DNA of 64,000 bases from Sphaerodactylus townsendi (GCF_021028975.2 NC_059427.1:108810001-108874000), one strand, 5' to 3'. Counted from the stretch's first letter, positions 13,991 through 28,119 are shown. Notes: generated by a model from the sequence alone, not told the origin. Numbers and translations are program-made.

Positions 13991-14376
13991 GAACAGTTCA
14001 ATGAGAGAATTCTGCTTGAAGTTCTTTGGATCCAACCATGAGATTCAGCTGTGAAATATTCACGCTCTTTTTGAGCAAAACTAAAATGGGCAATAGAGAC
14101 CCACAAAGAGTATTTCAGCAGTCAACTCAAACTGACAACTCTTTCAATCACTAGCCCTTGAGAATTCAATCGGGAGCCTGAAAATGCATGTATTTGCTGC
14201 TTTTTAAGGAATGCAATTTGGCAACATAAGCTTGCCGCCTAATCCTTCATGACACATACAATATTGCTATAGTGCCAGGAAAAGATGTCAGGCAGATAAA
14301 TGTCCACTGCTTCATTTTTTATTGTTTTCCCAATTTTAAATATTCATTGTTTTATAAACAATGAAGGAATACTATT

Positions 14377-15327
14377 GGTTGATTCTGCACAGCATAACAA
14401 AAACAGGTTAAATCTTTTATTTTTGAATCCAGGTCTATTTTATTCCATTTTTGTCCTTCACATGGGTGCCCCTTTTCTGTGAAATAATCTGTTTTCTTTC
14501 AGGCCCTTTGAATGAACCCGCTATTTTTTTTTTTACAATGCAAATGTGCAGGCACGAACATCTTGTTTTTTTCTGCATTCTGATTGGCTGTTGCACCATC
14601 ACAGTCTCTGTTGCACCCTCTGCTAAGGGAACTGGTGGAGAATCTACAGCAAACCCAGGAGCCCAAGCAGGACCCACCCACCCACCCACCCACCCCGCAA
14701 ATTTCTCCAGCGTGGAAAAAGGTGTGGTGCTTTGAAACGACAAATGAAAATATGAAGCGTGTAACACCTCCCCACAACATTGTGATATACAAAATAATAA
14801 AATTTGTCCAAAAAGGGAGCAAAGAAATATGTCCCATCCACATCCAAAGGTGTGCATCTGACTACCTACGTGCTCTGAGCACTCAGAATACAAGAGAAAA
14901 GGAAACAAGGTCATTGCTCGAAACGGTACCGTTTGTTGTGAATCCACTGCTATACACATTTGGGTGAAATTGTGCTCACAGTCGATGCCAAGGGGAGAAA
15001 ACTTACTTGGGGGATGTTTCTGAAATGGCTGGCTACCACACCAGTCAGGAGCTCAGGATAAATTAAACTGACATGATGTAAAGTGAGAGAAAGGGTGGCA
15101 GGGAAGGAAAAATAAAGCAATTTGGTGCCCACGCTGTTCCCACAGAAGCGGGTTCAACCTGGGATTTTTCAAAAAGATTGCGATTTTGGCGGTTTTTTAA
15201 AAACCCGAGTTGAGGGAAATATCACAGGTCAATCCTGCTTTGAGTAAGGGGCCCATGCGAAGTTCTTGCCCAAACCAGGATATTTCTCTTTGTCAACCTA
15301 ACGTATTTGTACCATGCAGAATCAACC
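14377..15327. mobile_element. Non-autonomous PIF/Harbinger-like DNA transposon (~950 bp); related sequence at ~52690-52885
   Basis: 13-bp TIR GGTTGATTCTGCA / TGCAGAATCAACC flanked by a 3-bp ATT duplication. Confidence 0.7.
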
Positions 15328-18300
15328 ATTGTGAACACAATGTTAGGCAGGTTTCACAGTAGTAATTAATGTTTTCCAGGTTCACTAAGAATTAAGTGAG
15401 TTGGGGTATGTTTTACTGCTTTATAAACTGGGGGGTTATAAAATGCAACTACAAATACATACAATATCCAAATTTTAAAAATCACCTGAACTCACCGGAT
15501 GGGCTTTGCAAAATCATAGCAAAACCTCTTATTAATGTCTCCTCTTGAACGACAGAAGAAATTTTGTTGTTACCAATTTGTTATAGAACTGATCAGTGAT
15601 GAGGCGCTCCAATGGCCTCCGTAGATGAGTTAAATTTTGTTAAATTATGTCCATGCCATACTATATAGAGGTCTCTGGGAGGGCCAAAATTAATATAATG
15701 GCAGTTTTCTGTGGATCTGAGGTTTTCTCCCCTTGGAGGATATGTGCTTCCCTTATTATTTAAGCGTTTACAAGTATTATTCCACTAAAACAATTTCCAG
15801 TAAAGCTTTGAATTTGCTTGAATGTAACATTTAAGATATGCTTGATTAATTTTTTTCTCCTTATGAAATATAACAGTTCAAGTAATTGTTGCTATTGAAA
15901 CTTCATAAATTTCCTTATTAAACACAAGTCAAAATAAACATACTAAATCAGTTTATGCTCTATTTAGGAATTTGATAATTTTCCAGAAAAAAAAATCAAC
16001 CTTTATTTTTTTAGAAAATCTGTACAACTTATAACAACTAGTCCTGACAACAAAATTTTAAAAAGAGTAGAGTCAAAGAACATTCAAGAACCAGAACAAA
16101 GAGGCTACAGCTAGAGTTCATGTTCTCCTTTTATATTTCTTTTTGACCACTATTTTGAACTATTTCAAACCAGGGGGGAGATGAACACCAAAACAAGAGG
16201 AAGACAGTGTCTTATCTAAGGGTTACCCTTTCAATTTGTAATAACTGAAATAAAGACAATATGGAAATTCCTAAAACATCTGGGCCTCAGGTAACTTAGT
16301 ATCTGGTTTACATCTCCCATTAGCAGCTATAGGTCTTTTATCTCAGCCAATAGCGTCTCATGGTATCACACCACAGAATACGGTGCTGGGGCACGCAATT
16401 TCTGCTCTGGGATGCTTTAGGTTGTTCCTGGGTTGAGCAGAAGTTGGATTAGATGGTCTGTATGGCCCTTACCACTAATGGTTCTGTTATTCTATCTTCC
16501 CATTCATTCAAAACCAGGGGAAACTAAAAGTAAGTTATGCAATGAAGAGCAAATGTATTGAACCTATGGGATTAAAAAAACTGGCCCCATCTGGTGCTCT
16601 CAAGCTACAGAACAATCTCCTCCATGAGCAGTTCTTTTACCATCACAGAGCTTGGAGCTTCAGTTTGCGGCACCAGGTGCATTTCAGATGGATGCACTAG
16701 CTTCAGAAAGTGAAGACCAAATATATATTCAAATCTTACAGTTGTTCAAACAGTTTCCTGCTTGTTTCCAGGGTAGCACTTAAAATGGACATGCTGACAC
16801 CTTTCCTAACCTACTGTGGTATCTAATTTTTCAGGGCCTAGTTTGCACATTACCTGACTAATTCAGGACCAGTAGTGGAATGTTGTTAAGAACACAGACT
16901 CAATCTAATCAAAGAGATCAGGTGCAGTTCTCTGTAACAGAGAGGATTCTAGGACTTTGGGGGATAGGCACCAGTTTTTAATCTCTGCAGCAGAAACTAA
17001 CAACAAAGACAAATATGGCACAAGATCTGCACTATGGTTCTTTTGCCAATTTTTAAATTAGAAATTCAACTCTAAGATAAAGCTAAAACTTCCTCAGCTG
17101 AAGTTTTTAATCTGCAAGAGCTTTAGGTAGCTATTAAGTTGTATTTCATGCATGAGCAAAAGCCAATAAACCATCGTTTTAAATCTTTAATTACAAAACT
17201 GCAGTTTAAGGTTGTTCCCAGCATTCCCAAGTTGTTACAGCCTCTTCCAAAGATTTGCTAATGTGAGAAATGGATGAATGTTGTCCTCTGCACCAGAACA
17301 CACCAGTTTATTACTCCCTAGAAACGCATACAATAAAAGCACTAATGAGTGATATATGTTCAGAGAATTACCTGAAAGAGTCTCATTTAATTCTATCTCT
17401 GAAGCCAAGCAGGTTTCAGACCAAGTCATACCTAGATAGGAACCTGCCTGGAACTTTTAAGAATATTGCTCTGAGTTTGTATGAAGAAGACAGGTTAAGT
17501 AGCAAATACATATGAATTTGTTCACTGCTAAGATGATGTCTCTCCCTCCTTCCTCCCAAATGTTTTAACTGTTGTTTTTATCTTTTGTGCTTATTTTAAA
17601 TGTTGGTTTCACTTCTTGTAATGACATATTTGTGAGTTGGCTTAATGGCTTTTAATGTGCACGTTTTAATTTGTTAGCTGCCTTGATGGGTTTAGAAAGG
17701 AGAATAAAAATCTTGTTAATAAATAAGAATACTCATATCAGATGCTGAAGATGGTTAATTTTACGATGGTCTACACCAACTCCCTCTATCGGAAACTCCA
17801 CAGTAATTTGAGTTCTGCCTACTTCTAAGGAGAATGACTATACTTGTTAAAATTTCTGTAATGGCTAATACCATTAACTAAGATGACATTCTTGTTCTTC
17901 TGCCCTAAAATAAAAAGGAATTCAACAGCCTCAACTGTTTGCTATTGGATTCTATTTCAGAGGCAATTTCTCTTTACACGTAAGAGATATTACTTAGTTT
18001 TGTTATATGCAGTTCACTATTTCTAAATTGCCTTTCTGCCCAAAAGCATCTACTAAAACATACAGTATAAATAAGCTTCTTCAACATTCCACAAGAGACG
18101 TATGCACACAGTGGGGGGAGGATGCAGCTATTCAAGGTGCTACAGAAGCATGATCAATTCATGGTTACCGATCTTCATCAAGTGCTTTGACACAATCAGA
18201 AAAGAAAGGTGCTAAGCAACTACAGCAGCTGTGGACAATCAGAACATGTTCTGGTCATGCAAGGCCTTACATTCTGCATTACCTAGCCAGCCTTGTTGAG

Positions 18301-18463
18301 TTAGGCTAGATCAATAGTAAAGGAGAATACCAAGGTGGGAAAAGAAGCAAGGTCAGACACACACTTGGAGGAGAGCAATCAAGTGGCAGTGCTATGCAGT
18401 TGAAGGAAGCATTAAATAAATGATGCAAGAAATCCAAGCTGCGATGATAAAAAGTTCTGGTAC

Positions 18464-18511
18464 CTGCACGTTGGGATGGAGCGGGAGCAGGGCTTAGAGT
18501 GATCACAATAA
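18464..18511 (-). CDS. MAP2K7: MAP2K7 alternative 48-nt cassette exon 2 (IIVITLSPAPAPSQRA, gamma-type insert)
   Basis: ccag| ... |gtacc; frame-preserving, phase 1-1; peptide matches the recalled mammalian MKK7 gamma insert. Confidence 0.93.
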
Positions 18512-20010
18512 CTGGATTGGGAAAAGGAAGAAAAAAACACACAATAAATCACAACAGAAGCAATCAAGTCATCAAAATGAAAATAAATCATATTCAAATC
18601 AATTCCAGGGCAAGGAGTGGAGGTGGTGAGAAACCAACAAAGGGGACAGACAAGGTGAAAATGAGATGCATCAAACAGTGGGATCAATTCCACAGAAGTC
18701 ATGTCCTTACTGCGCCTAATGTGACAGATGCCACTGTGGCCCTCCTCTCCATGCAAATTCTAGGGAACCTGCTCCATTATGCTCTGGATGGAAAAATTCA
18801 TGTGGATGGCAGTGCCAATTCTCTAGCACCTCACCAACACACTGGTTCACCACTTCATAGCCATAGTCAAGGACTAAAAACATTTAAAATACTTGGAGGC
18901 CAGTTCCAGTTTTTGGGAGTCAGCACCAAATTTTTAAGCACCCAGATTGTAGATTCCATATTTTACATTCTAACGTTCGATTTTATGCGCGCCGCTAATT
19001 TGCACAAAGACGAAGTAAGCATTTCCAAACTGGTGTCTAGGAAACCTGTTAGCTGCTGCGCTGATCTTCTTATGCAGTCTCCAACATAAAACTCATAGCC
19101 CGGACAGGCCATTCAGAACTTACTTAACAGCAATGTCAAAGAATTTATGCTCCATTTCAAAATGTTGTCTTAGGTTCCATATGCCTAACCACAGATTGCT
19201 CAGACCTGTGACACTCACCTAATAGCTTAAGACCCACATGTGACTGACATGCCACCTATGGCTTGTCTGAACACCACAAACATGGTGCCCACCCACATTT
19301 CAGGAAAGCAGGCAAGGTCACTGCCCAGTAAGGTTTGAAGTTTGCATCATGGAACAGCCATTGCTGTCGAAACAAGAAGATGAGTAAGTTGTGAGGCTCC
19401 TTGAGGGAAGGGTCTTGTGCCCACCCTTCCCTGCAGCCTCTGCACTCTCATCCCAACATCCCTAGGCATGCTGGCTACAGAGAAGACAAAATAAAACCAC
19501 CATACAGGAAAAGAGCAAGATGGCCACAGTAGGGGGTAGTGGTTTTACTCTTGCTTATCCATGGCCAGCTGCCTCTCCTCATGGCACTTTGGCAATCTCA
19601 TCCTTTTACCTGAGCTGCTGTGCCCCGTGCCAGCAAAAGAGCAACACAACAGAGGAAGTACAGGGTGCCTAGGTTCAGCAGTGGTATCACAAGATGCCAC
19701 TGGGTTCTCAGGGTGCTATGGTGATTTAAAACATTAGTTACATATTGCGTATTAATGGTTATATTATGTGTGTGATTGGTGCGGCAGTGCACAGGACACA
19801 CAGTATCATACAACTCTTTTGGTTGATGGCAATTATAAATGTGGCTCTCAGTGATCCACAGAATAGGCACCACTGGCTCAGACAGTTTTTCTCCTTCTCA
19901 AAAACTTATCCACATTTATCCAACTTCCAGTTAATCAACATTTCTACCTTTGTGGGGATCAATGCTTGTTACCCTAGGAAAGTGCTTGTTTGGGAATAAT
20001 CTCTCCATTT

Positions 20011-20232
20011 GGGTGCTGTGTGGTTTCCAGGCTGTATGGCCGTGTTCTAGCAGCATTCTCTCCTGACGTTTCGCCTGCATCTGTGGCTGGCATCTTCAGA
20101 GGATCCTCTGAAGATGCCAGCCACAGACACAGGCGAAACGTCAGGCATGCTTTCACTAGAACTGCTCCTCCCCAACCCGGAGCTCTACAACTTCACCCAA
20201 GTGATTCCGGCCATGAAAGCCTTCGACAATAC
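20011..20232. mobile_element. Penelope-like insert; 84-bp palindrome encoding minimal hammerhead motifs on both strands
   Basis: 13-bp TSD AATCTCTCCATTT (19998-20010, 20233-20245); palindrome 20062-20145 centred on GGATCC. Confidence 0.85.
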
Positions 20233-23116
20233 AATCTCTCCATTTTCTCTCTTTGAAAACCTCTCCATAAAACAGGCTTCTGACCCTTTAAGTCACGCTC
20301 ATAACTCATTCTGTTGAATTTTCACACTGCCAAGTTCCTTTTGAAAACTGGTATCAACAATGGTTTAATCTACATATACTAATTTTCTGACTATTTTTAA
20401 TTTACCCACCTAGCTTAAGCTTTCACAGAAGTATGAGTGAATGGCATGAAGGCAAACTGGCAAGATTACCGACCCCCAGAAACATCATACTCTGATACAG
20501 CGCTTGAGGGAAACGTTGCAAATGGCATGTCGTTCAGACCAGCATATCAGTAAAGCGCCAGTATCTCTTCAGAATAAGTCAGCATTGGGGGCATAATATT
20601 GCCAGTGAACCTGTGTGCAAGATCTTAGCCCACGGAACAGCCGGTTTTTTGAAAGTCCACTGCTATCACTAATTTTTCTCTTACCTGGTCCCCTGAGTGA
20701 TCTATTTCCACTATCATTACACTCTTGTGATTTAAAACTACAACACATGGAGAACAGAGAGGAAAGAATCCCTTTAAACTAATGGTATTTTAATTTCACT
20801 AATATGGCTAACAGCAAAACTAGGAACAACAATTTTCTAAGCATTTTTTTCTCACGACATCATTTTATACACCAGTCATATCTTATTATCACTCTCCCCT
20901 TAATTGTCTTGGAAAGATGAACATGTTGCTATTTTTGAAGTTACCTCTGGTTATTTTCTGCCACCAGCCTATCACACTGGAACTTCTGTCATAACAAATT
21001 TATTTTAAAAAAAATGTAACTGATTTTGGTGCAACAAGCTTCCAAAAAAGTGTCCGCAGGCCCAGAATCTAGCATACTACTTAAGAATTCTAAAGCAACG
21101 AGACAATAAACAAAACAGATGTAGTAAAGCATGGAAATATGCAAGAAAATGGAAATCCTCACTCTTGAGGATTAAACAGAATCCCAAGAGACTAAGTAGT
21201 ATCTTCTGTTAGGCAAGCCTTTTAAAGACGAGCTGTCTCTTATACACCAGCTTTACCTATTCCGTTTCTTTTGTTAGTGGGATCACTGTAGCTACCACAT
21301 CCCAATAGAAGGCATAATCTAAAACACAACATTAATTCTTTGCCTTCATTCATTTTGTAACATTTGAAAAACTGACAAAGCAGGTGACAGTTTTATCTGA
21401 TACACTTTTATGGACTATCAGAGCAGCTCACCAAAGCAGCTGCAAATCAGTGACCACCAATGTGGACTCATTTAAGGGAATCGGTTACAATGTTTCTTCT
21501 AGATGGATCCCTAAGAATATTAAGCTAGATTTTTGCCCCAACGCAAGAGGTCCTACCCTATTCTACCTTAGCACATGTATCTCAGTATGAAAAATAAAAA
21601 TTAAAAATAGGCAACGCAACAATGCAGTAAACAAAAGGAAGTGTATTACTTGAACTTCTCAGGCAGTTGCCACAGAACTAGAGGCATGCTTGGACAGCCA
21701 TTTTAAACTCCAGCACTGGAAACTGTACTATTAAATACTGCAACAGACATGATAGCAAACTTTTGGATAAGATTAGCAACATCTAAATAAACATATCCTT
21801 GAAAATATGTTGTGACTACTACTGTCTGTACAGAAATCATTACCTAAGAATATTGATCACTTTATGTGAAAATATTCATGCTATACATTCCAAGTAAAAA
21901 CTGGTCTTGTAAGCATTTCTCTTATTCTAAAAAGGAACAAATTTCATGGGAGTTTTCAGTGCTTCCCAAAAGTTTTCAGTGCTTCCCATAAGATCCATCT
22001 TTTCCACTTAGTTTTTGCCATGTGAGAAATTTACAGAATTTGAGCCAATGAGAAATATCATTATCCTCATAATCAGCATGAAAAATTAGCATATCTTCTT
22101 GACAACTTCCCCTCTACCCCCACAAATAGAGTTTTCTCTCTTTATATACAGATTCAGCAATTACTGCCTCTGGTCAAATATGCTTTCTTGGAACCGGATT
22201 TCAGAATCTCTAAAATCTAAGCAATTCCATAGTGTTGTTCTCAAGGTGCCTAATTTTATTGGAAAATACTTTAAATGACTAGTTTTAAATGACTGGTTTA
22301 AGACTAATGAATACGTATCAATGTTAAACTTCTACTTGACTCACATTATTCATTATTAAAGTAGCTTTCATCATCATAACATTGACAGTGATGCTTTAGT
22401 AATAGAACTGTATAAGCTGTGAATTTCAACCAGACAATTCCACAAACATGACATTTTCATTTGCTTTTCCAAGATACACCCAGTACTGAGTGACAATTGC
22501 AGAAAAATACCATAAGGAGACAGTCAACAACACATTTAAACTCTTTTACAGCACTCTCTTAGTCAAGCAAATATCAGCTTTGTGATTGGATTCTTTTCTT
22601 CCTCCAAAAACTATCACTTGCCATGCAACTGCCAAAAGTAATTCCTCATCCCTTACATAGCTTTTAAAAGTAAAGAAATGGACCTCCAAAGTCATATTAT
22701 CAACTTTCAGATGCTGGAAAGGAACACAAACGTGATGTGTGAGGGACACAGTGAGGACATAGGTGTTCTTTATCAACAGCTGCACAGTCAAGACAAATAC
22801 ACCACTGACATGTTACTTTAGGCACAATAAAGCAGGGATGTGCCTCTCCCATGCATCTCACTTGTCCACTACCCCTTCTCATTTGGAAAATACCAGACAC
22901 ACACAAATGCTGGTTACCACAAGAGCACATGGGAGAGCCAGAGGTGGTATTCAGCTCATAAAGCCAAATTCTAAACCGGGACTTAACCCAAGCTCAGAAT
23001 CCCAGTGTGCAGGAAGAAACCTAACTCTTGATTAACCCATGTGCCTAAATTCATACATCATGGGGAATCAGAGTCTTTGCCCTGTTTTGCTAAAGCTAGC
23101 AATGGTGTGTTAGTTG

Positions 23117-23216
23117 GGTGCTGTGTGGTTTCCGGGCTGTATGGCCGTGTTCTAGCAGCATTCTCTCCTGACGTTTCGCCTGCATCTGTGGCTGGCATCT
23201 TCAGAGGATCTGAATT
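23117..23216 (-). mobile_element. Penelope-like terminal fragment with intact minimal hammerhead motif
   Basis: Near-identical to 20011-20105; 11-bp TSD TGTGTTAGTTG. Confidence 0.85.
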
Positions 23217-24438
23217 TGTGTTAGTTGTTTCCCTGGTAAATTATTAGAGAGCTGTACAGCAGCTCCAAGACAGAAAGATTGTCTAAACCTCTGGTTTAAT
23301 TTGATACACAAAGGCCCAATATTTGAGGCTTGCCTTAATAACCATCCCAAAACTAAGGGAAGAAGTATTTAGAAACAAATACCTCCAAAGCACCAGTCCA
23401 CCAGCTCCAAACTCAGGAAATGAGTGGGAGATGGAACTATCAATGTTGCTATTAGAGAGGCTGTCGGGGAAATGCCACTGAAGTTCTTGCCCCTTCTCCA
23501 GAGCCTGATGCCAGGAAAGAACAGCCACTTATGCCACTTTCATTTCTGTTGTATCTTTGCAGCTGCTACAGCTCCCTTCCCAGCCAGCAATGGTGATGAA
23601 CACTCATCTGTCTCACTTACATTCTTCCCAACCAGCACCTTCTGGTAGTCAATGACAGAAATGTTCCTGTCTACCAGATGATGCTTCTGCTCTGATATGC
23701 CTGGGTTAGAAAGGGCAGAGGTACAGCTGGAGCAGAAAGGTGCTGGAAAGGAGATGAAAAGGTGGGAACCACAAACATGGGCATGCTTTTAGAAGTAGAA
23801 AGATCCATAGCATGGTGGGTTGATATGTTAACCTTTCATTATACCTATTTTAGGAATTATTTGGTTTTAATACAGTAGCATATATTTGTTGTCTAAAAAA
23901 CACCTTTAGATTAAAAGGTATGTACAAATATGTGTATTGGGGGAAGAAATATGTTAGTGCTTCCGGTGATGTCTATGTAAAGAAAGCCCTTAGCAGAAAT
24001 CTTACATAACTCTGGAATAGGGTATCATTAATATGCTGATAACACCCATCTCTGTATCTCGCTATCCAAATCTCCTGGAGATGCAGTAGAGATGCTGAAC
24101 CACTGCCTGGTCACTATGATTAAATGGTTAAAGGAGACTTAATCTCGTAAACTTAATCTTGATACAGAAGCAATGCCAGCTGCAAAGACCTAAACAAACA
24201 TTGTGTTTCCTATTTTTGAGGGAATTCAGCTGACCCTTGCTGATTTGCTTAAGAGTTATACTGGTTATATTGGAACAAGCACTACTGCTGTAGATGCAAT
24301 TTAGGGCAGCTTCAAAAATGCTTTCTTCCAACTTTGTCAAGCCTGAAAGATAGCCTCTAGCTTTGACTCAACTGATTTAGCTACCAGGAATCTATACCAT
24401 TTTAGCACAAAGATTAGATTATTGTAATGCGTTGTAAT

Positions 24439-24648
24439 GTATCCTGACCTGGACAGCCTCAGGCTAACCTGAACTCATCAGATTTCAGAAGCTTAGCCGA
24501 ATCAGCCCTGGTTAGAATTTGGATGGGCCTTCTCCAAGGAATACTAGGGTTGTAATATGGAGGAAGGCAATGGCAAGTCACCTCCAAATGTCTCTTGCCC
24601 TGAAAACCCTATGGGGTCACCCTAAGTCAGCTGTGATTTGGTGGCACA
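24439..24648 (+). mobile_element. 5S rRNA-derived SINE; second copy on minus at ~57787-57985
   Basis: Head resembles 5S (gatttcagaagcttag...cctggttagaatttggatggg) followed by ggcaatggcaa..cacctc and aaaaccctatggggtc tail. Confidence 0.65.
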
Positions 24649-26907
24649 CTCATACACATAATGCATTCTAAATGGGACTACCCTTGAAACGAACCCCAGT
24701 ATCTCCAGCTGGTACAAAATGTCACAGCTTGGTTATTATCAGGAGCCAGATGGGACATGCACATTACAACCATTCCACTGGCTGCCCATCAATTCAATTC
24801 AGGATACTATCACGTTCAAAGCCCTGCATGGCATTAGACACTCAAGTTTTTTGCAGGGGCCACCCATGCAAACATGCAAGATTGACAACTGCACATAGCC
24901 CCCACCTAGTGCAATGGCCTTCCTGAGATGGTCAGGAAGATTCTAAGCCTTCTGCAAACTATGTTAAATGGAGTTGTTCAGGAGAGCTGTCCTATGAAGA
25001 TAATAGAGCTAAACTTTATCAAAATGATTTAAAAATGTGCTTTGGAAAGGGGCTGTGGATTATGCCATAGTGTATAGAATAGGTTAACATATCACTGCAC
25101 ATATTAATCTGTTGTAATTCCATTATTTTCTACTGATGTAATAACATTTTTTCATTTTATCACACTCTATATCATGCCTAATAAGCTATTCAGATTCCAT
25201 TCATCCTAATAAATTGCTCATTTGATGTCCCCTTATACTGCTTGTATTGACCAACACTGTGCTTATTAGACGTCTCTTTGTATAAACTGTTACTAATTTA
25301 TGCTGTATAATCTGCTTCAGGTTTCAGAAAGGTGGATTATAAATACAGTTTTTAAAAAAGTAATTCCTGAATTTAAATTCCTACATATCCTTCGGTCAAT
25401 GTGCAATAAGGATACAAGATTCCAGATTAGAAACAGGATCTAAAGATAAACAACACAAACAATTCTTTTAACCCAATAGTTTAGGACACTGGCTGTTTCA
25501 AAAGCACATTTTTCCTTACCTACCTGTGTACCCGTGTCAGCACCAAAACACTGAGCAACAAATATATAAAATATTAATATCACTGGCAGCACACTTTCAT
25601 TTTGTAACCCGTGGTGCAATCTACACTGCAATTTCAACATCTGCCTCCCATACTCATAATCCAAAACAAGTTAACCAAAAACAAAACACAACCCAAAGTG
25701 AATCCAGAATACAGCACATCAACATATATACAACCCACCACTATGAGAGATTAATCTTACCTTTGCCCATGCTTATCTGAAACCATAAGAACTGAAACAG
25801 GCAGTGCAGAACCTGATCTTTGTTCTACACAAGTTACTCAGCATGAACTCAAATATCAACTTTACTGCATGTGAATGGCTTCTGAATAACCTGGTCCCAC
25901 ATCACACTGGTAATGTGTGTAAAGAAGACGAATGAGGACGCAAGGTGGTGTAGCTATTTACCAGTACACTGGAATAAGAAGCAAGCACTATCATCCCATC
26001 TACTTATATGGGTCCTATTGACATAAATTACTGGAAGAGTGTAGGGCCAAACTATGTTGAAATGTCTCCACGCTTCAGATGTCATGCCTCAATTATTATT
26101 ATTTTTTAAACAGCAAGGAATTGATGAGCTGTATGTTTTCATTCTATTAGCTGCCACTAAGAATGAAACCTTCGCCTTTTCTGGTAATGTCACAGATCCC
26201 TCTAAATACCACCCTGGCAACACAGGTGTGCATACAAGCAGGATTTGCTTGTTCACATTAAAGGAATATACACAAGTAATAAGGTTCCCTTGACCCCAAA
26301 GTAAACAAGTAAACACTGTCTGCATAGAGTCCAGTGTGTATACAGAACTTTGTGTTGTGTCTAAATGCCAATTACCATAGTCTGAGATTTGTCATAACTG
26401 AAGAATTATGGTAAACTATAATCAACATGTCAGATTACTGATTTGTGAGAAAGTATGTCAATTTTAAATTCAGTTTTTATTTAAATAAATCACAATTCTA
26501 TCCCCCATGAGTCCTGTAAATTACTGATCCACCACCACTTTGTTGACGTATGAGCAGTTACATCATCCCAAGGAATGCCTGAAGAACATACATGGATTAC
26601 CTTACATGAGCTGCATTATAGCTAACAGGTGCATGGAAATCTCAGAAAACAATAAGTACAGGGGAGAAATGTATGCCAGGAGGCAGTGTCAGCTAGATTA
26701 CCCTGCAGATGCAAGAAACATGTCAGCCCTTTGTTTTGAAAACAGGTCAAGAAAATAATTATTTTAAGCGTGCTGCAAATTCAATGACCAAAAAATAGTA
26801 TTCTCAGTAAGAGGTTGCCTGATATGTGCACACAGTGGATCTTCCTTGTATTTAGGTTAGAAACTAGCTCACTGACAACCTCCACAAAATATACTATGCA
26901 CCCTCTC

Positions 26908-27210
26908 CAAGGGTGACCAACCTATGGTGCTCCAGATGTTCATGGATTATTCATGATGTTCATGTTTGTTTATCTATTTATCTATCTATCTAGTTATTTA
27001 TTTATGTATACATTATATTTATTAGCTGCCCTCCCCCAGAGGGTTTAAGGCAGCATACAGCACAGTAAGTACACAATTACAATAATACGATATTAAAACC
27101 CACAACAAAACAACAATACAACATTTTAATATTCCAATTGGCCATGCTGGCAGGGGCTGATGGGAATTGTAGTCCATGAACATCTGAAGCGCCATAGGTT
27201 GGCCACCCCT
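26908..27210. mobile_element. Palindromic hAT MITE interrupted by an AT-rich retroelement tail
   Basis: Two halves matching the 43578-43725 family. Confidence 0.65.
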
Positions 27211-28119
27211 ATGACTCTGATCCAAAGATGCATTTGGGGAAACTTCTAAGCACACAAGCAAGAATGCTCACACCTTTCCTCTCCACTTAATGACAACTAC
27301 AACCCAAATGTGATGCAGAAGTAGAACAGTACACAATGGGGAAAAACGGCACACTTCAAGTTGCTGAACGTGGTGGGACTTACACTGGGAGAACAGTGCC
27401 AAATCCACCATTTCTTTAGTACAAATGCATCACAGCCATATTTGTATACAAACAAAGCTCCCCTTTCGCCTGCTAAAACATACAGCAACTATGAGCTAGA
27501 TAATTCCGTCATTAAAAACAAAATAAACGCCACTCTCTCCAAGAATTTTAGAATGAGAAGCAGGGTCCAAGAATGTCATCAGTTTGTAATCTCAACACAC
27601 GCAGTTTTTCAGGATAGTCCATACACAGTATCCCCAGGTTTTCAAGGTTCTTATGGCCGCGTCCTCTGTTGTACCCCATTCATTCCACACTCAATCTTTA
27701 AATCTCCTCGTAAAAACCTCAGACATCCTATTTCACTACTGATTGCAACTCATCCTATACCATTCTGTCTCCTACAAATCCTGCCTTTTCAACGTCTCCC
27801 TTGTTCCAACCTCTTTCCCTTCGGTGGTCTTTTTTTTTAACCTCTCTCGAGTCCTCTCCTTATACCAATGTACAGTCGCCAGCTTCCACTATTCTAGGAC
27901 CCTTCCAAAACAAGCATTTCTTAATCCTCCTCCTGGAATTTCCTGCTCTCTATTATCAGCCCACCTCAACCCCTCACTTTCCTAGAAATGCTTCACTTTC
28001 CACCTTCTCGGCCCCTTCTACGGCATCTCCCCTCCCCCAAGCCCGCTGGTTTCAGGGCACCTTCCCAGACAGGCCCTTGTCATCCAAGCAGGAATCGCTT
28101 CCCCGTCACCCTCCCTTAC

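Noticed and set aside
18499-19089. 196-aa plus-strand ORF
   Set aside because: Antisense to the MAP2K7 intron, non-ATG start, no recognisable homology
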